Positions 14,510 through 27,509 of a DNA stretch of 64,000 bases are shown piece after piece. Position 1 is the first letter of the stretch. The number at the start of each line of letters is the position of its first letter. A program made the position numbers and the translations under genes. Source of the DNA: the human T2T-CHM13v2.0 reference genome, Homo sapiens; the NCBI RefSeq assembly GCF_009914755.1, contig NC_060937.1; one strand, given 5' to 3'. The notes beneath the pieces are model-generated. The model was not told where the DNA came from and made no database searches. It saw only the letters and a program-made list of their open reading frames with translations.

Positions 14510-15010
14510 TGTTGGAGATTGTATATTCCTCTGAAGAGATTTAAAGTGTCCTCTCCCCTGGAGCCATTTGTTCACATTCCATGGTGGTGAAGGAAAGCTG
14601 CAAATATGTTCTCTTTTCCTCTCCAGAGATGATGTGTTTATATTCCAGAGCCAAGCTCTCTCTTTCCCTCTCCTGAGAAGCAGAGGAACAGATATGCCAG
14701 ATGCCCTAATAAGCTCTGATTGCCGTAACATTGGAGTCCCTCTCCCATGATTCGACCCATGCACAAACATGTGCTATCTGCCCTCTTCACATTGTCCCAT
14801 GGGAATTTAGATGTTATCACAAAGCAGTCTTACTAGGACCATTTTTGTTCCTCTAATTCCTCAGCAAGAGGCCCTCACCAGAAGTTAACCAGATGTGACT
14901 GCCCAATCTTGAACATCCCCACCACCTGAGCTGTGAGTCAAAAGAAACCTCTTTTCTTGATACATTACCCAGTCTTGGATATTCTGTTACAGCAACATAA
15001 AACCAAATGT
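14510..15010 (+). mobile_element. LTR with MaLR (MST-type) 3' end; subfamily uncertain
   Basis: ccctcaccag...gagctgtgagtcaaaagaaacctcttttcttgatacattacccagtcttggatattctgttacagcaac. Confidence 0.6.
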
Positions 15011-15140
15011 ATCAGTCATCTTAATAAATGTAAATGATCTAAACTCCCCAATTAAAAGATATTTCAGTTTTGACAGAAATAAAAAAGGGAAGTCCATGTT
15101 GTTCATAAAAAGGCACGTGAAAAATAAAAGATCACAGAAA
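15010..15140 (+). mobile_element. Old L1 fragment, start of ORF2 endonuclease
   Basis: ataaatgtaaatgatctaaactccccaattaaaaga reads INVNDLNSPIKR (L1 consensus LNVNGLNSPIKR); more decayed L1 probably lies at about 13960-14480. Confidence 0.7.
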
Positions 15141-16360
15141 TGTTATTGGCAACATACAACTAATTGAGAGGAAAGATATGTTTTGTTTGTTATTATATTG
15201 CAAAGTTTGTCACCTGACCTATAGCAAACACTTCATAAATATTTAGAAAGAAAAAAGAAAAGATTGCTTTGTGAGTTCTCCTTTCTTATGCAGAAGTTGA
15301 TGTTCTGTAGGATAATTTGTTAGGGTGCAAGTACGATATATATCAGACCCTTCACACCCTCAGATGTGAAAGATCTATCTGTTATGGATTATTTAAATAA
15401 ATATGCTAGGTAGTTAGTAAGGGAAATATGCTAGGAAAATAAAAATGAATAGGATATAGCTCTGTTCTCAAATTTTCCATAAGCAAGGAAAACAGATGTT
15501 CGGAGAGCTAAGTGTGTTACAACACAATGTGTCTCTCTTAGCAGAATATACAAAACACTCTGAGAACACAGAATAATCAATAAAAGAATGCACTTTATAA
15601 AAGTGTTTGGAGAAATTAAAACAAAATTTAGTGGACATATAACAAACACTATAGAGAAAAATTATCTTTTGGTTAAGATTATAACTGTGAGGTAATGTAT
15701 ATTTTATTTCATGGATGTCTCTTCAATTTTCAACATGTTCTGAGAATCTATGACTAAATGACTTAATGCAAAAACAAAAAGGTATAGCATATTTTTTAAT
15801 CGGTCCGATTAGAGCTAACTTACCCATAAAATACTCATTGAGTACAGCAATGTGTTTATAACAACATAGTTAGACATATTTTTCCCCTGCCAACAACATA
15901 TTGGCTGCTGTTCTTACTGGCCCTTCAAAGAAGCTTGTATTATGGTAACCCTATTTTAAAAATTATTATGCTATAATATAATGGCTTATTTAGTTGTCCA
16001 CACTAGGCTTTTAAACTTTTTAAGGGCATTAATGATATCTTTTCTATCATGGTTTGTCTGGTGCTATATAAAGTACATAGTGGGCTATGGCCGATACCTC
16101 TAACTGTCCCTCAGTATTCATTTTCTTTGTATGCATTTAGTAATGCATTTACAGATATTTTAACTGGGCACATGCCTTCTCACCTGGATACTATATTTTC
16201 TACCTCTTTCACAGTTAAATGAAGCTATGTAATTGAGCTTTTTATCATGAGTTTTGAGTAGGAATCATAGGTGAAATTTCCAGATATTATACTTAACATG
16301 ATTGAGGATGCATTTGTCTCTTTTTCTGTCCCTCTTCTGCCTACTTAATGCAAATGCAGC

Positions 16361-16997
16361 CAAACACTTCTTAACACTTGTAGGAGCAGGGATAAGAATA
16401 CAAATGGAGATGCACATAACATGTATAAATATTTAAAAGATATAAATCAAGATAACAAAGTTATGTGCTCTATCTTCCTACCTTGACAATTTTACCTTTC
16501 CAACAACCTGGAAGGCTAGGTTTAAATTTAGAATTTTTCAGACTCATATGAGTTCTACATAAGAACATGAGAATATTAGAAAACCTGGCATGTAGCCCAA
16601 GGCCTATAATTATTATCCTATTTCTGCCTCATTTTTTTGTTCTACACAGCGAAATCTGTCCCAAACATGCAAGGATGTCCCAGATCACATATCCAAGCCC
16701 CATCTACAACCCAAGTAAATGGTCATCCTTGGTTTTTTTGATACACACATTGGTGTCTAATCTACCCTCAAAATGACAGCTTTGGACAGTTTTAGACAGT
16801 TTTTGGCAGGGAGTTCTGAGGTCCCAAGTACTCTAACAGTAATGTCAAATTAGGAGGAGAGATTTCAGTTGGGGATACTGGTTTTGGGTTTGCTTCCGTG
16901 TGCTCAGGAGCATAGAGTAATGAAGTCCAGAGCAAAACCCGCTAAAACCCAGAGCCCAACAAAGCATCCCCTCTTGCCCGGATCTAAGGTGTCACTA
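16361..16997 (-). mobile_element. MER115 (hAT-Tip100)
   Basis: Ends cccctcttgcccggatctaaggtgtcact; internal acaacctggaaggctaggtttaaatttagaatt; degenerate 8-bp TSD aatgcagc/aacacagt. Confidence 0.8.
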
Positions 16998-17052
16998 AAC
17001 ACAGTGATAACGAGCCAGATTCAACAAAGGAGATAAGGGCAATGGTCCATGA

Positions 17053-17342
17053 CTGCATTTTCCAATATGGCAGACACGAGTCTGAACTGAGTGGCTAGTT
17101 CAGATTTACAAAGATTGTAAGTGTAAAATATATACTCAGTTTTGGTACCACAGTATAAAAAAGGTAAAATAATTCCATTTATATTTGCTATATATTGAAA
17201 TTATAATATTTTGGATACATGAGGATAAATAAAACATATTATTACAATGTTACCTCTTTACTTTTTAAAATGTGGTTACTAGAAAAATTTATGATTTCAT
17301 ATTTGGCTTGCATTTATGCCTTGCATTAGATGTTTGATGCTC
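17053..17342 (-). mobile_element. MER33 (hAT-Charlie)
   Basis: tccaatatggcag...gtaagtgtaaaatat...aatgtggttactagaaaa match MER33. Confidence 0.8.
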
Positions 17343-17669
17343 TATAGAATAGCGTAGCAACAGTATATGTAGAGTTTGGGTCTCTGGATAGTCTTGTGGA
17401 GCAAAATCTCCTACTTGCCAAGAATTGCCCATTGTCCTTTCCACTATTACTTAACAGGGAAATAAACTACTGTCTCCTCTGAGCACTTTATTCTTGGAGC
17501 TCTTTGTGGTACCCATTTACATTATGCTGTATACTAACTTATATATGGATAATTGATGGGTAATCATGTCAAAAATGAATACAATAGATAAACAAGATAG
17601 CAGTCAAAGATAGATTAGCCTTCAAAGAATGAGTTGAACAGAGGCATAAAAAGTATTAAAATACTTATG

Positions 17670-17775
17670 TGATCCATGTGAGAATGGATTTTATTTTGTT
17701 CATTGTAGTAGTCAATAGCTGTGAGAGTTCCTGCTTACAATAGGTCTTTAATAAAAATTTGTGAAGTGAATAAAT
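17670..17775 (+). mobile_element. L2 3' end
   Basis: ccatgtgagaatggattttattttgttcattgta...taataaaaatttgtgaagtgaataaat. Confidence 0.6.
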
Positions 17776-20239
17776 ATGAGGTATATGACCAATGGAGATA
17801 CATGAAAAGCACTAATGAAATGTATCAGAGTTTCATGACATAGTAGGCAGACATCTTAGAGTAAAGACAATATTCACATAGAAATGATAGCAGAAAATAT
17901 TTAACACTAAGGAAGAATATGAGCAGGTATGGGCTAAACATTAGCAAATTTATATTTTTTCTTTTATTCAGTTCCAATATACTCATAAGCTAACTAACTT
18001 AAGAACATATGAGGCACCTTGGATGCACTTGCTTCAGGTGTCAAGGATTTATGCAAAGCACTAGAAGTAAAATATATCTTTATCATATAATGATATTAGA
18101 TGCCTTATTTGAATGTTGGTTTTTAAGCAATATCTGTTGATACCAAAAAGTAATTACCAACAATGCTCTTCTAAAATATTACTGTTTTTCCTAAATTATC
18201 ATTGTGTAATTTTAGTAGAAATAATCTGTTTTGTCATCTTTATTTTAAATCGAAGGGATTTCATAAATGCATGTGGTTAACAAATCATTTTTGGTGGTTC
18301 TTTATTTGTTTTTAATAGCAATTTCTTCACAGAGTATTTGGGAAAAGCAAAAATAAAATACAATAAATAAGGGTAAGCTTTTAACTGTTAAGAGTCGTTC
18401 TGAGATAGCTATCATTCAACAAGTGTATTATCTTCCAATATTTGAAAATTGGAAAAGTCTGTGTATAGTGAGTTAAATGAAAAAATATTCAATTATATGT
18501 TTAAATATAATTCTTGTTTTACACAAAGCTTTTTAAATATGAACAAGTTTTAAAGACTTTTAAACAGTAACTTTTAAATAGTAACGTAAAATTCCCCTTT
18601 ATGCATAGATTACATAATTTGATTTCTAGAAAGTTTGCTGAATAGAATTATTTTACTACTACTAAATATGTACGGATTTCTAATGATTCCTTGGGCTGTT
18701 GCAAACATGTAGGACAAGTAATGTTTACATTTAAAGAGAAAACCAGAGGGTTTGTTTTTAATTGTTCAGATTTTGTTCTTTTGGGTAAACGAAATACTGA
18801 AAATTTAGAAATTTTTGAAAATGTGAAGCACATTATTTGGATGTCTTTTTTAGAAAATTTGAGGGATGTCAATAGATACCTAACCAATGCAACAGATGTG
18901 ATTAATCTTAACTATTTACTTCACTAAACGTGATGATGAATGTTTTTAAAAATCCAGTAAAACCTGACCTTCAATAACTGTTTGTTACAGTCTTAGAGAG
19001 ACTCTTATAAATATATCCCTTGAGAGCTGTAAGTGACATTATTAAAGATAATTAACCAATAGATTCTGAATATGTACTTGATAACTGCATGAAGTCGACA
19101 TTGGTATTTCATAAAAGACTGATAGTTAGAAGAATAACTGGGAGGTATAGATGTAAAAAAATGAATTTAAAACATGGTGAATGTATTATTTTAAATAATT
19201 TTCTTAAAATGCTGTCTACAGTATTTTATTTCTACAAAAGAATGCCTTTGCAATTTACTTAAATAATTGGTGAATATTTATCTTTATTAGTATGCTTTAG
19301 GTAAGTGGAAAAATGTTACTTGGATTAATTTTATTTTTGATTGAAACGTTTGCCTTGTCTGTAATCCTAAAAAAAATTCTCATTCATTCGCTTACCTCCC
19401 TGTTCCTTGCCTCCCTCTGTGTGTTAGCCAGAATGTATACAAGTAACAACATGTTGAATAGAAGTGACAATGGAAAGTAATAATCCTAGGTTTCTAAAAC
19501 AGTGTTGTAAATTTTACTAATTCTAGGTGCACCTTTAATTTCATGAACCCTTGGGAAATTCCTTCTAATTTTATGAGAACTTTATATGAGCTCATTATCC
19601 AAATCTGATTCAAAAACTATTTCTAAAATCAAATGTCTAAACAGAAGCCAAAAATTATTCATACACCATGAAGAAAAAAATAAAAATTAAACCTAAGGTG
19701 ACTTCAATGTGAGCCAAATGGCATAATGAACCTATAAAATGCTTAGTGAAATGCAGTCAGGCTTGTAGATGTGTTTACCAAAAGGGAATGTTCTGCTTTC
19801 ATATTTATTATGATCTTTCACTGATTTAAAACTCCTATATACTGAAACTCAGCAAACATCTTTAATTTACATAAAGCACAGCATTTTTTAAAAAAAACTA
19901 ATATAAGAATGGATTTAAAAAGCAGTTTATTCTATTGTGCCAGTCTCGGCAATTAGAAAGGAGAAAGATGTTATTGAGCCTAAAGAATATTTGATAAAGA
20001 GTATATCAATACATTTCCTTAAGAGTTAATAATACTGCAATGGGATTCATAAATGCTATCTACCTTCATTTCATTGCTTGAAATCAATGAACTGGATCTT
20101 CAGAATAAAATTTCAATAACATATTTAAGAACCAAATAAGCATCATTTTTTACTTCTAATAAGTTGAAAAGGAAAAGGGTGGTCTAGTTTACTTGTAAGG
20201 AGTTTGTTCTAAGTGATTTTTTACTTTTCAGACTGTTGG

Positions 20240-20480
20240 GCTAATGATTAACGTCATATACCGTACATCTTCGTCTAGAAGCTATGGTGTCTATTAAATG
20301 TAATTACATTTCCCCATGCCTTTAAATTGACGGCAGATTCAAAATGAAGGTGGCTTCTATTAAATTTAATTACTTCCCCCTGAAGCTTACTTGGCAAAAC
20401 TGTGACTAGTAATGAAAGCGGATTCCATAAAAAAGCTGCATGGTCAAGGTGTGGCTATTAAATTAGCTATGCTTTTAATG
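20240..20480. promoter_or_regulatory. Enhancer-like element with a triplicated CTATTAAAT module
   Basis: CTATTAAAT at 20291, 20357 and 20455; TAATGATTA; 16-bp palindrome at 20296-20311; 5 retained CpGs. Confidence 0.4.
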
Positions 20481-21079
20481 AAAAAAAATATGGAAAACAA
20501 TATTTAAAGTGGGGCTTTATCAGTCATGTGTATTTTTGTGATATTATGACTGATAAATTAAGTTTTCAGCTTTTAATTAATTGTTTTCAACTTTCTATCA
20601 ATAGATTATATGGATATACACACATCTATGTCAATTAATAATAAGAATAATTAAGGAAAGATGCCAATTTTCAAAAAAGCTTCCTCTAGTACTTCCGTGT
20701 ACACAAAATAGTGACCTTTATATCACTTAATTCAAATGATGTTTTAAGTCAGCATGATGTAATAAAGGAGGAAAACACAAAAAAATAGAAAAATCCTGTT
20801 GTTACTAGACACATTGTTATTTCTTTCTAAGCTGTTTATCTGATTTGAGACACAGTGCTAATAATATGACTAATCTACTTAATATAAGTATTAGGAAAAT
20901 TAGAAAAAATATGTTATCTATGATTGCTTTGTAAGTCTCTGGCTTAAAAAAAACACCTATTTTTGATTACTTTATTTTTCTGGATTAAAATCAATTTGTC
21001 AACTCCTCTTACATTAATTCATTCTTCAATGTCCAACTTATTGTGTGCTCACTATGTGTCAGTCATATGGTACAGCTAC

Positions 21080-21430
21080 ATATCTACAGGATTCTACTGG
21101 AGAGATGGAGTTAGGAGTTAGTAAAGACAAAAGGCAATAAATACGTGGTCACCCAGAGAAAGAACTTGTTATGGTTCCAGAGTCCCTTGCTTCATCACTG
21201 ATAGAAATATACTATAGCCAAACTTAGCATCCACCTGCCCATTCAGCCACCACATAGGCCACACAGGCTGGCTTAAGCATGAGTGAGGCACCAGCCTGCA
21301 GAGTGCCTCGGCTCCAGGGGATGCATGTCAATTTCCCTGAGTGGTCTCCTAAAAGAAAATCTCTCACTGTTCTTGGGTAGGAGGATAGCAACTTCTATCT
21401 TTCTTCCTGGGTTTGAGAGATGGTCTCAGC
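21080..21430. mobile_element. Probable old ERVL-type LTR fragment inside a minus-strand L2 (about 21010-21858)
   Basis: GC-richer block between L2-like segments (ttattgtgtgctcactatgtgtcag; gggtcagggaagtctcttagaagaagtga); family not resolved. Confidence 0.35.
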
Positions 21431-21857
21431 ATCAGAGAATGTCAACATTACTCCCAAGAAAATTCTTTTATCTAATTATCCTCCCTTTGGCATACTTTAA
21501 CACATGTTATACAATGTCATAAATGTTTTTAAATATGGTCTTTATATCCGATTTAATCATGAACCAATTATCTTATATTCCTGTGTATGTTCTGAATACT
21601 CACTTATGTCTCCCACTTATTTTTGTACCTGTTTTCTATTATATATCACATAAAAATGTTTTGTTTTAATGTTATTTTGAAATGTGGTAGTTGTGAGCAT
21701 CAAAAACCGGAACATAAACCTAACTAGATAAGCTAAGCTACTAAGAGGGTCAGGGAAGTCTCTTAGAAGAAGTGAAATATGAGTAGAAATGGAAAAGAAG
21801 AATGCATAAGAGATTGCCAAGTAAGAAGCATATCAAACAAACGGAACAGAACATAAA

Positions 21858-22337
21858 AGGACTGCAGTACAGTGGCGTGATCACAGCTTACTGCAGCATT
21901 GAACTCCTGAGCTCAAGGGATTCTCCTGCCTCAGCCTCCCAAATAACTGGGACTACAGGTGCACACCATTATGCCCAGTTAATTTATTTTCCCTTCCTTC
22001 CTCCCCTCCCTGCATCCCTCCCCTCCCTCCCTCCCTCCTTTCTTTTCTTTTCCTTTCCTTTCCTTTCCTTTCCTTTCCTTTCCTTTCCTTTCCTTTCCTT
22101 TCCTTTCCTTTCCTTTCCTTTCCTTTCCTTTCTCTCTCTCTTTTTCTTTCTTTCTTTCTTTTTCTTTCTCTTTCTTTCTTTCTTTTTTTCTTTCTTTCTT
22201 TCTTTTCTTCTTTCTTTCTTTCTTTTCTTTTTCTGGCTCTCACTCTTTTGCCCAACTGGTCTTGAACCATTGTTCTCATCCTCCCTCCTTGGGCTTTCAA
22301 AATTCTGAGATTACAGTCATGAGCCACCACACCAGCC
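21858..22337 (-). mobile_element. AluJ, 3' tail missing, central linker expanded into a microsatellite
   Basis: gatcacagcttactgcagc...gaactcctgagctcaag (J diagnostics); left arm at 22234-22337. Confidence 0.88.
21988..22233. repeat. Compound polypyrimidine microsatellite (TCCC)n-(TTTCC)16-(TTTC)n
   Basis: About 245 nt almost purely C/T; (TTTCC)16 at 22049-22128. Confidence 0.97.
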
Positions 22338-22819
22338 CACAGTATCATTTATTTGGAGAACCTAACTAGGACAGCGAATGAAATGTAGCGTGATGAACAA
22401 TATGCAAATAGGCCTACTTTGCAATTAAACTTCAGTGTGACAAAGAGTTTGCTGCCTAGCATCCTTGGATTTGCTCCAATAAATCTTCTTTAGATAAACA
22501 AAATTTTATAAATTAAATGGCTTATTTTGGAGACGTTACTGTCATCTTTTTACGTTGAATAGTATTTTCAATGAACTTGCTTTTATGGTTAATAATAAAG
22601 CTTATATACTGGAAATTCTATATTATTATTTATTCTATGATTATAAGGAGTAGGTATGTCTTATTCACTATTGTACCTTTAATTTACAGCTAAGTGTTTT
22701 GAATCTAGTATCACAATGGTTACTCTATAAATGTTTGTTAATACATTTCTGTATAATGCTGTTAAAATATGTAAAATACAGAAAGTATAAGTTTTACAAA
22801 GAACACCAGTAAATGTCAC

Positions 22820-23357
22820 TGGTTACCACAAAATTAATGGCTTAAAATAACCAATTTAAATGTATTACCTCATAGTTCTGGAGGTCAGAAGTCTATCACA
22901 GATAACTCTTGCCTAAAATCAAGGTATCCACAGAGCAGCTTTCTCTGGGGGCTGTAGGAAAGATTCTATTTCTTTTCCTTTTCCAGCTTCTAGCAGCCAC
23001 CTGCAGTCCTTTGATCATAGCACCCTTCCTCCATCTTCAAAGCTAACATTGCATCTCCTTTTCCAATGTGCTACGGTCATCATTTCCTCTTATTTTTCTC
23101 CTCCTGCCACCTCTTCCATTTTTAAGGACACTTATGATTGCATTAGGCCTGGTTGTGTAATTCCAAGAAATATCTCCATCTTACATTCAACTGATTAGCA
23201 AAATTAATTGTATCTGCTACCTTAATTCCTCTTTGCCATGTGACCTAATAGGTTTTAGCTGCAGTTTCCAGCCTCAGAGTTTCCAGGGAATAGAACATGA
23301 GCATTTTTATTGAAGGGTTGGGACTAAAGAAGAAAGGACATTATTCTACCTACCTCA
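22820..23357 (-). mobile_element. MLT1C/D LTR
   Basis: ttaccacaaaattaatggcttaaaa...gttctggaggtcagaagtc...ccttaattcctctttgccatgtgacc...cattattctacctacctca. Confidence 0.85.
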
Positions 23358-23403
23358 ATCAATAATACTTGAAGCATTGGTTTGATATAAAATTTGATCT
23401 ATT

Positions 23404-23712
<309 letters not shown>

Positions 23713-23729
23713 TTAGGCTGTAATGGCCT

Positions 23730-24070
23730 CCATATCAGCCAGGTTATGCTGTCATACCAAAGAAGCCCTAAATTTAAGATTTATTTCATTCAAATGCTAC
23801 ATCACTCTGTGACGCAGTGTGACACAGAGCTATTATCTCATTGCTTGTTGCTATGAGATAGTAAAAAGTACTTGTGGGGTTTGGGTTTCTACACCAGGAA
23901 AGGGAAACTCTATCCCAGAAGTGACACACGTTATTGCAGCTCAAAATTTGTTCACCAAAATAACTCAAAAGTCTCTGCCCATGGAAAGAGACAAGGAAAT
24001 GCAATCTTTACCATGTACTCAGTTGCTAGAGAATTGAAATATCTGGTTTATATTAATGACAAACATTCCT
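23730..24070 (-). mobile_element. Old MLT1 (K/L-like) LTR
   Basis: ggttatgctgtc...cccagaagtgacacacg...ggaaatgcaatctttaccatg. Confidence 0.55.
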
Positions 24071-25184
24071 CTTTTGACTCCTATCATCCATGCTCAAAGA
24101 AGAAAATTGCCAGTTTGTTGGTAGATGACTTTGGAAGTACAATAAAATGATAATATTAAAAACAATTTTTTCAATTTTTAAATGTCATATAATCTATATG
24201 CATTGATGAATGAAAACAATTATTTTCATTAATTAGAGAAACACTCTGGTTTATCATAAACCACAGAGAATTGATTAGTAAAATTAAGACAAAAGAGAAA
24301 GAACCCCAAAACAGGTGCTTCTTAAATGCTTCAGCTAGGAAATAAAAATCAGTTTCAGAAGGCATTTTGATATAATTAATACATGTTAAATGCAGTTATC
24401 TGTTGTTTTAATAGAAATATACTATCTTGTTACATTATATAAATAGAAAAACTTTGTGTGTAAAAGAAGTAAGGCAAGTGGGTCGATTTAATTAGGCAAA
24501 TTGAGTCGAATGTAATAATCTGATACTTTGCCAAATTTGAATTACCACTGAAAAGTTTAAAATGATCCTTAAAAAATATTATGTGATACAGTTTTAAAAT
24601 GTGTTGAATTAGTTTAAAAGTACAAGTTTTTTTTCTCTGTACTGATACAGTCTACTGTTTTTGTTCTTGGGACTTTTAGTGGCTTCAAATCCCAGCTTCG
24701 TGTATAATACCTAGTTGAGAGATTACATATCTCATGTTACTCTCCACATTGAAAACAAATTCCGAAAAAGATACTCAAAAATTTTTACATATAAATAAAA
24801 TTGGTAGCTTGACCAAAAAAAAAGTAAGATCTATGTAGAGCTCTCTAAAGGGGAACCTTGAAAGTCCAATAAGAACCAAAACTACTTTTTATCATAATTA
24901 TGCGATCTGAGGGTATCTGATGTATACTGGAGAACCTGAGCTTCTGTTTTGATTATTATTTTAAAGACTACAGGGGAAAAAGAAATAAATCCCCAGACCT
25001 AAATAAGATGAAATCTCTAATAGGAGACATCTCTATAAAACTAGGACATCAAAGGGTTATTTATATCCTCTGAAAAATCGATTAACGAGAGATAAAAAAT
25101 ATTTTGTGCTATTTCCGACTTTGAAACAAGGTGGACAGGAACAAATCTTTGGAATATTTAGACAATCTGTAACTACAAGCTGGC

Positions 25185-27467
25185 TGTATTAGTCCATTTT
25201 CATGCTGCTGATAAAGACATATCTGAGACTGGCTAATAAAGAAAAAGAGGTTTAATGGACTCACAGTTCCACGTGGCTGGGGAGGTCTCACAATAACGGC
25301 AGAAGGCAAAAGGAACATCTTACATGGCAGCACACAAGAGATAATGAGAGCCAAGCAAATGGGGAAACCCCTTATAAAATCACCAGATCTCATGAGATTT
25401 ATGTACTACCAGGAGAACAGTATGGGAGAACCACCTCCATGATTCAATTATCTCCCACTGGATCCCTCCCACAATATGTGGAAAATATGATAGCTACAAT
25501 TCAAGGTGAGATTTTGGTGGGGACACAGCAAAACCATATCATTTCACCCCTGGCCCCTTCCAAATCTCATGTCCTTACATTTAAAAACCAATCATGTCTT
25601 CCCAACAGTCCCCCAAAGTCTTATTTCAGCATTAACTCAAAAGTCCACAGTCCAAAGCCTCATCTGAGACAAGTCCAGTCCTTACCACCTATGAGACTAT
25701 AAAATCAAAAGTAAGTTAGTTACTTCCCAGATACTATGGGATACAGGCATTGGATAAATACACACATTCCAAATGGGAGAAATTGACTAAAATGAAGGGG
25801 CCACAGACTCCATGCAAGTACAAAATCCAGTGGGGCAGTCAAATCTTAAGCTCCAAAATGATCTCCTTTGAGTCCATGTCTCACATCCAAGTCACGTTGA
25901 TCCAAGAGGTGGGTCCCAAGGTCTTGGGCTGCTCTGCTTCTGTGGCTTTGCAGAATACAGCCTCCCTCCTGGCTGCTTTCACAGGCTGGCATTAAGTGTC
26001 TGTGGCTTTTCCAGGCTTATACTGCAAGCTAGCAGTGGATCTACCATTCTGGTGTCAGGAGAAAGGTGGCCGTCTTCTCATAGCTCCACTGGGTAGTGCC
26101 TCAGTGAGGATTCAGCGTGAGGGCTTCAACCTCACATTTCCCTTCTGCACTGCCCTAGCTTAGGTTCTCCATGAGGTCCCTGCCCATGGAGCAAACTTCT
26201 GCCTGGACATCCAAGCATTTCCACACATCCTCTGAAATCCAGGCAGAGGTTCCAAACCTCATTTCATGAATTTTGTGCACCTGCAGGCTCAACACCATGT
26301 GGAAGCTGCCAAGGCTTGGGGCTTGTACCCATTGAAGCCATGGCCCAAGCAGTACCCTGGATCCTTTTGCCATGGCTAGAGTGGATGGGACGTAAGGCAC
26401 CAAGTCCCTAGGCTGCACAAAGCAGTGGGGCCCTGGGCCTGGCTCACAAAACTATTCTCTCCCCCTAGACCTCTGGACCAGTGATGGGAGGGGCTGCTGC
26501 AAAGATCTCTGACATGTCCTGGAGACATTTTCCCCATTGTCTTGGTGATTAACATTTGGTTCCTGGCTACTTATGCAAATTTCTGCAACCAGCTTGAATT
26601 TCTCCTCAGAAAATGTTTTCTTTTCTATCGCATCATCGGGCGGCAAATTTATTGAACTTTTATGCCCTGTTTTCCTTTTAAAACTGAATGCTTTTTAACA
26701 GCATCTAAGTCACCGTTGAATGCTTTGCAGCTTAGAAATTTCTTCCACCAGATATCCTAAATCATCTCCCTCATGTTGAAAGTTCCACAAATCTCTAGGG
26801 CAGAGGCAAAATGCTGCCATTCTCTTTGCTACAACATAGCAAGGGTCATATTTACTCCGGTTTCCAACAAGTTCCTCATCTCCATCTGAGACCACCTCAG
26901 CCTGGATTTCATTGTCTATATCATTATCAGCATTTTGGTCAAAGCCATTCAACAAGTCGCTAGGAAGTTCGAAACTTTCCCACATTTTCCTGTCTTCTTC
27001 TGAGCCCTCCAAACTATTCCCACCTCTGCTTGTTACCCAGTTCCAAAATTGCTTCCATATTTTCAGGTATCTTTACAGCAGCAGCCCATTCTACCAGTTT
27101 ACTGCATTAGTCCATTTTCACACTGCTGATAAAGACATACCTGAGACTGGGTAATTTATAAAGAAAAAGAGGTTTAATGGACTCACAGTTCCATGTGGCT
27201 GGAGTGGGGTGGCTCAAAATCTTGGTGGAAGGTGAAAGGAATGTCTTACATGGCAGCATGCAAGACAGAATGAGAGCCAAGCAAAAGGGTTTCCTCTTAT
27301 AAAACCATCAGATCTCACGAGATTAATTCATTACCAGGAGAATAGTATGAGAGAAACTGCTCTCACAATTCAATTATTTCCTGCTGACTCCCTCCCACAA
27401 CACATGAGAATTATGGCAGCTACAATTCAAGAAGAGACCTGGGTAGGGACTCAGGCAAACCATACCA
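25185..27467 (-). mobile_element. Full-length THE1B (ERVL-MaLR) provirus: LTR-internal-LTR
   Basis: LTRs at 25185-25541 and 27103-27467; internal region 25542-27102 with the typical MaLR relic peptide MEGSEEDRKMWES...EVVSDGDEELVGN; perfect 5-bp TSD CTGGC (25180-25184 / 27468-27472). Confidence 0.95.
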
Positions 27468-27509
27468 CTGGCTTTCATATACGTTTGTTTTACGATACCA
27501 TTATAATTA

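Larger units (their letters stand above)
16080..17545 (+). mobile_element. Old MLT1 (J/I-like) LTR split by MER115 and MER33
   Basis: MLT1-like 5' part (aactgggcacatgcc...ctatattttctacctctttcacagttaaatgaagctatgt) and 3' part (tttgggtctctggat...gaaataaactactgtct). Confidence 0.55.

Noticed and set aside
20286-20470. Repeat-spacer-repeat pattern resembling a CRISPR array
   Set aside because: Only three short degenerate copies with unequal spacing, in primate DNA with no cas genes; treated as a motif cluster.
21802-22348. 168-aa F/S/L-rich and 131-aa K/R/E-rich ORFs
   Set aside because: Translations of the microsatellite and AluJ.
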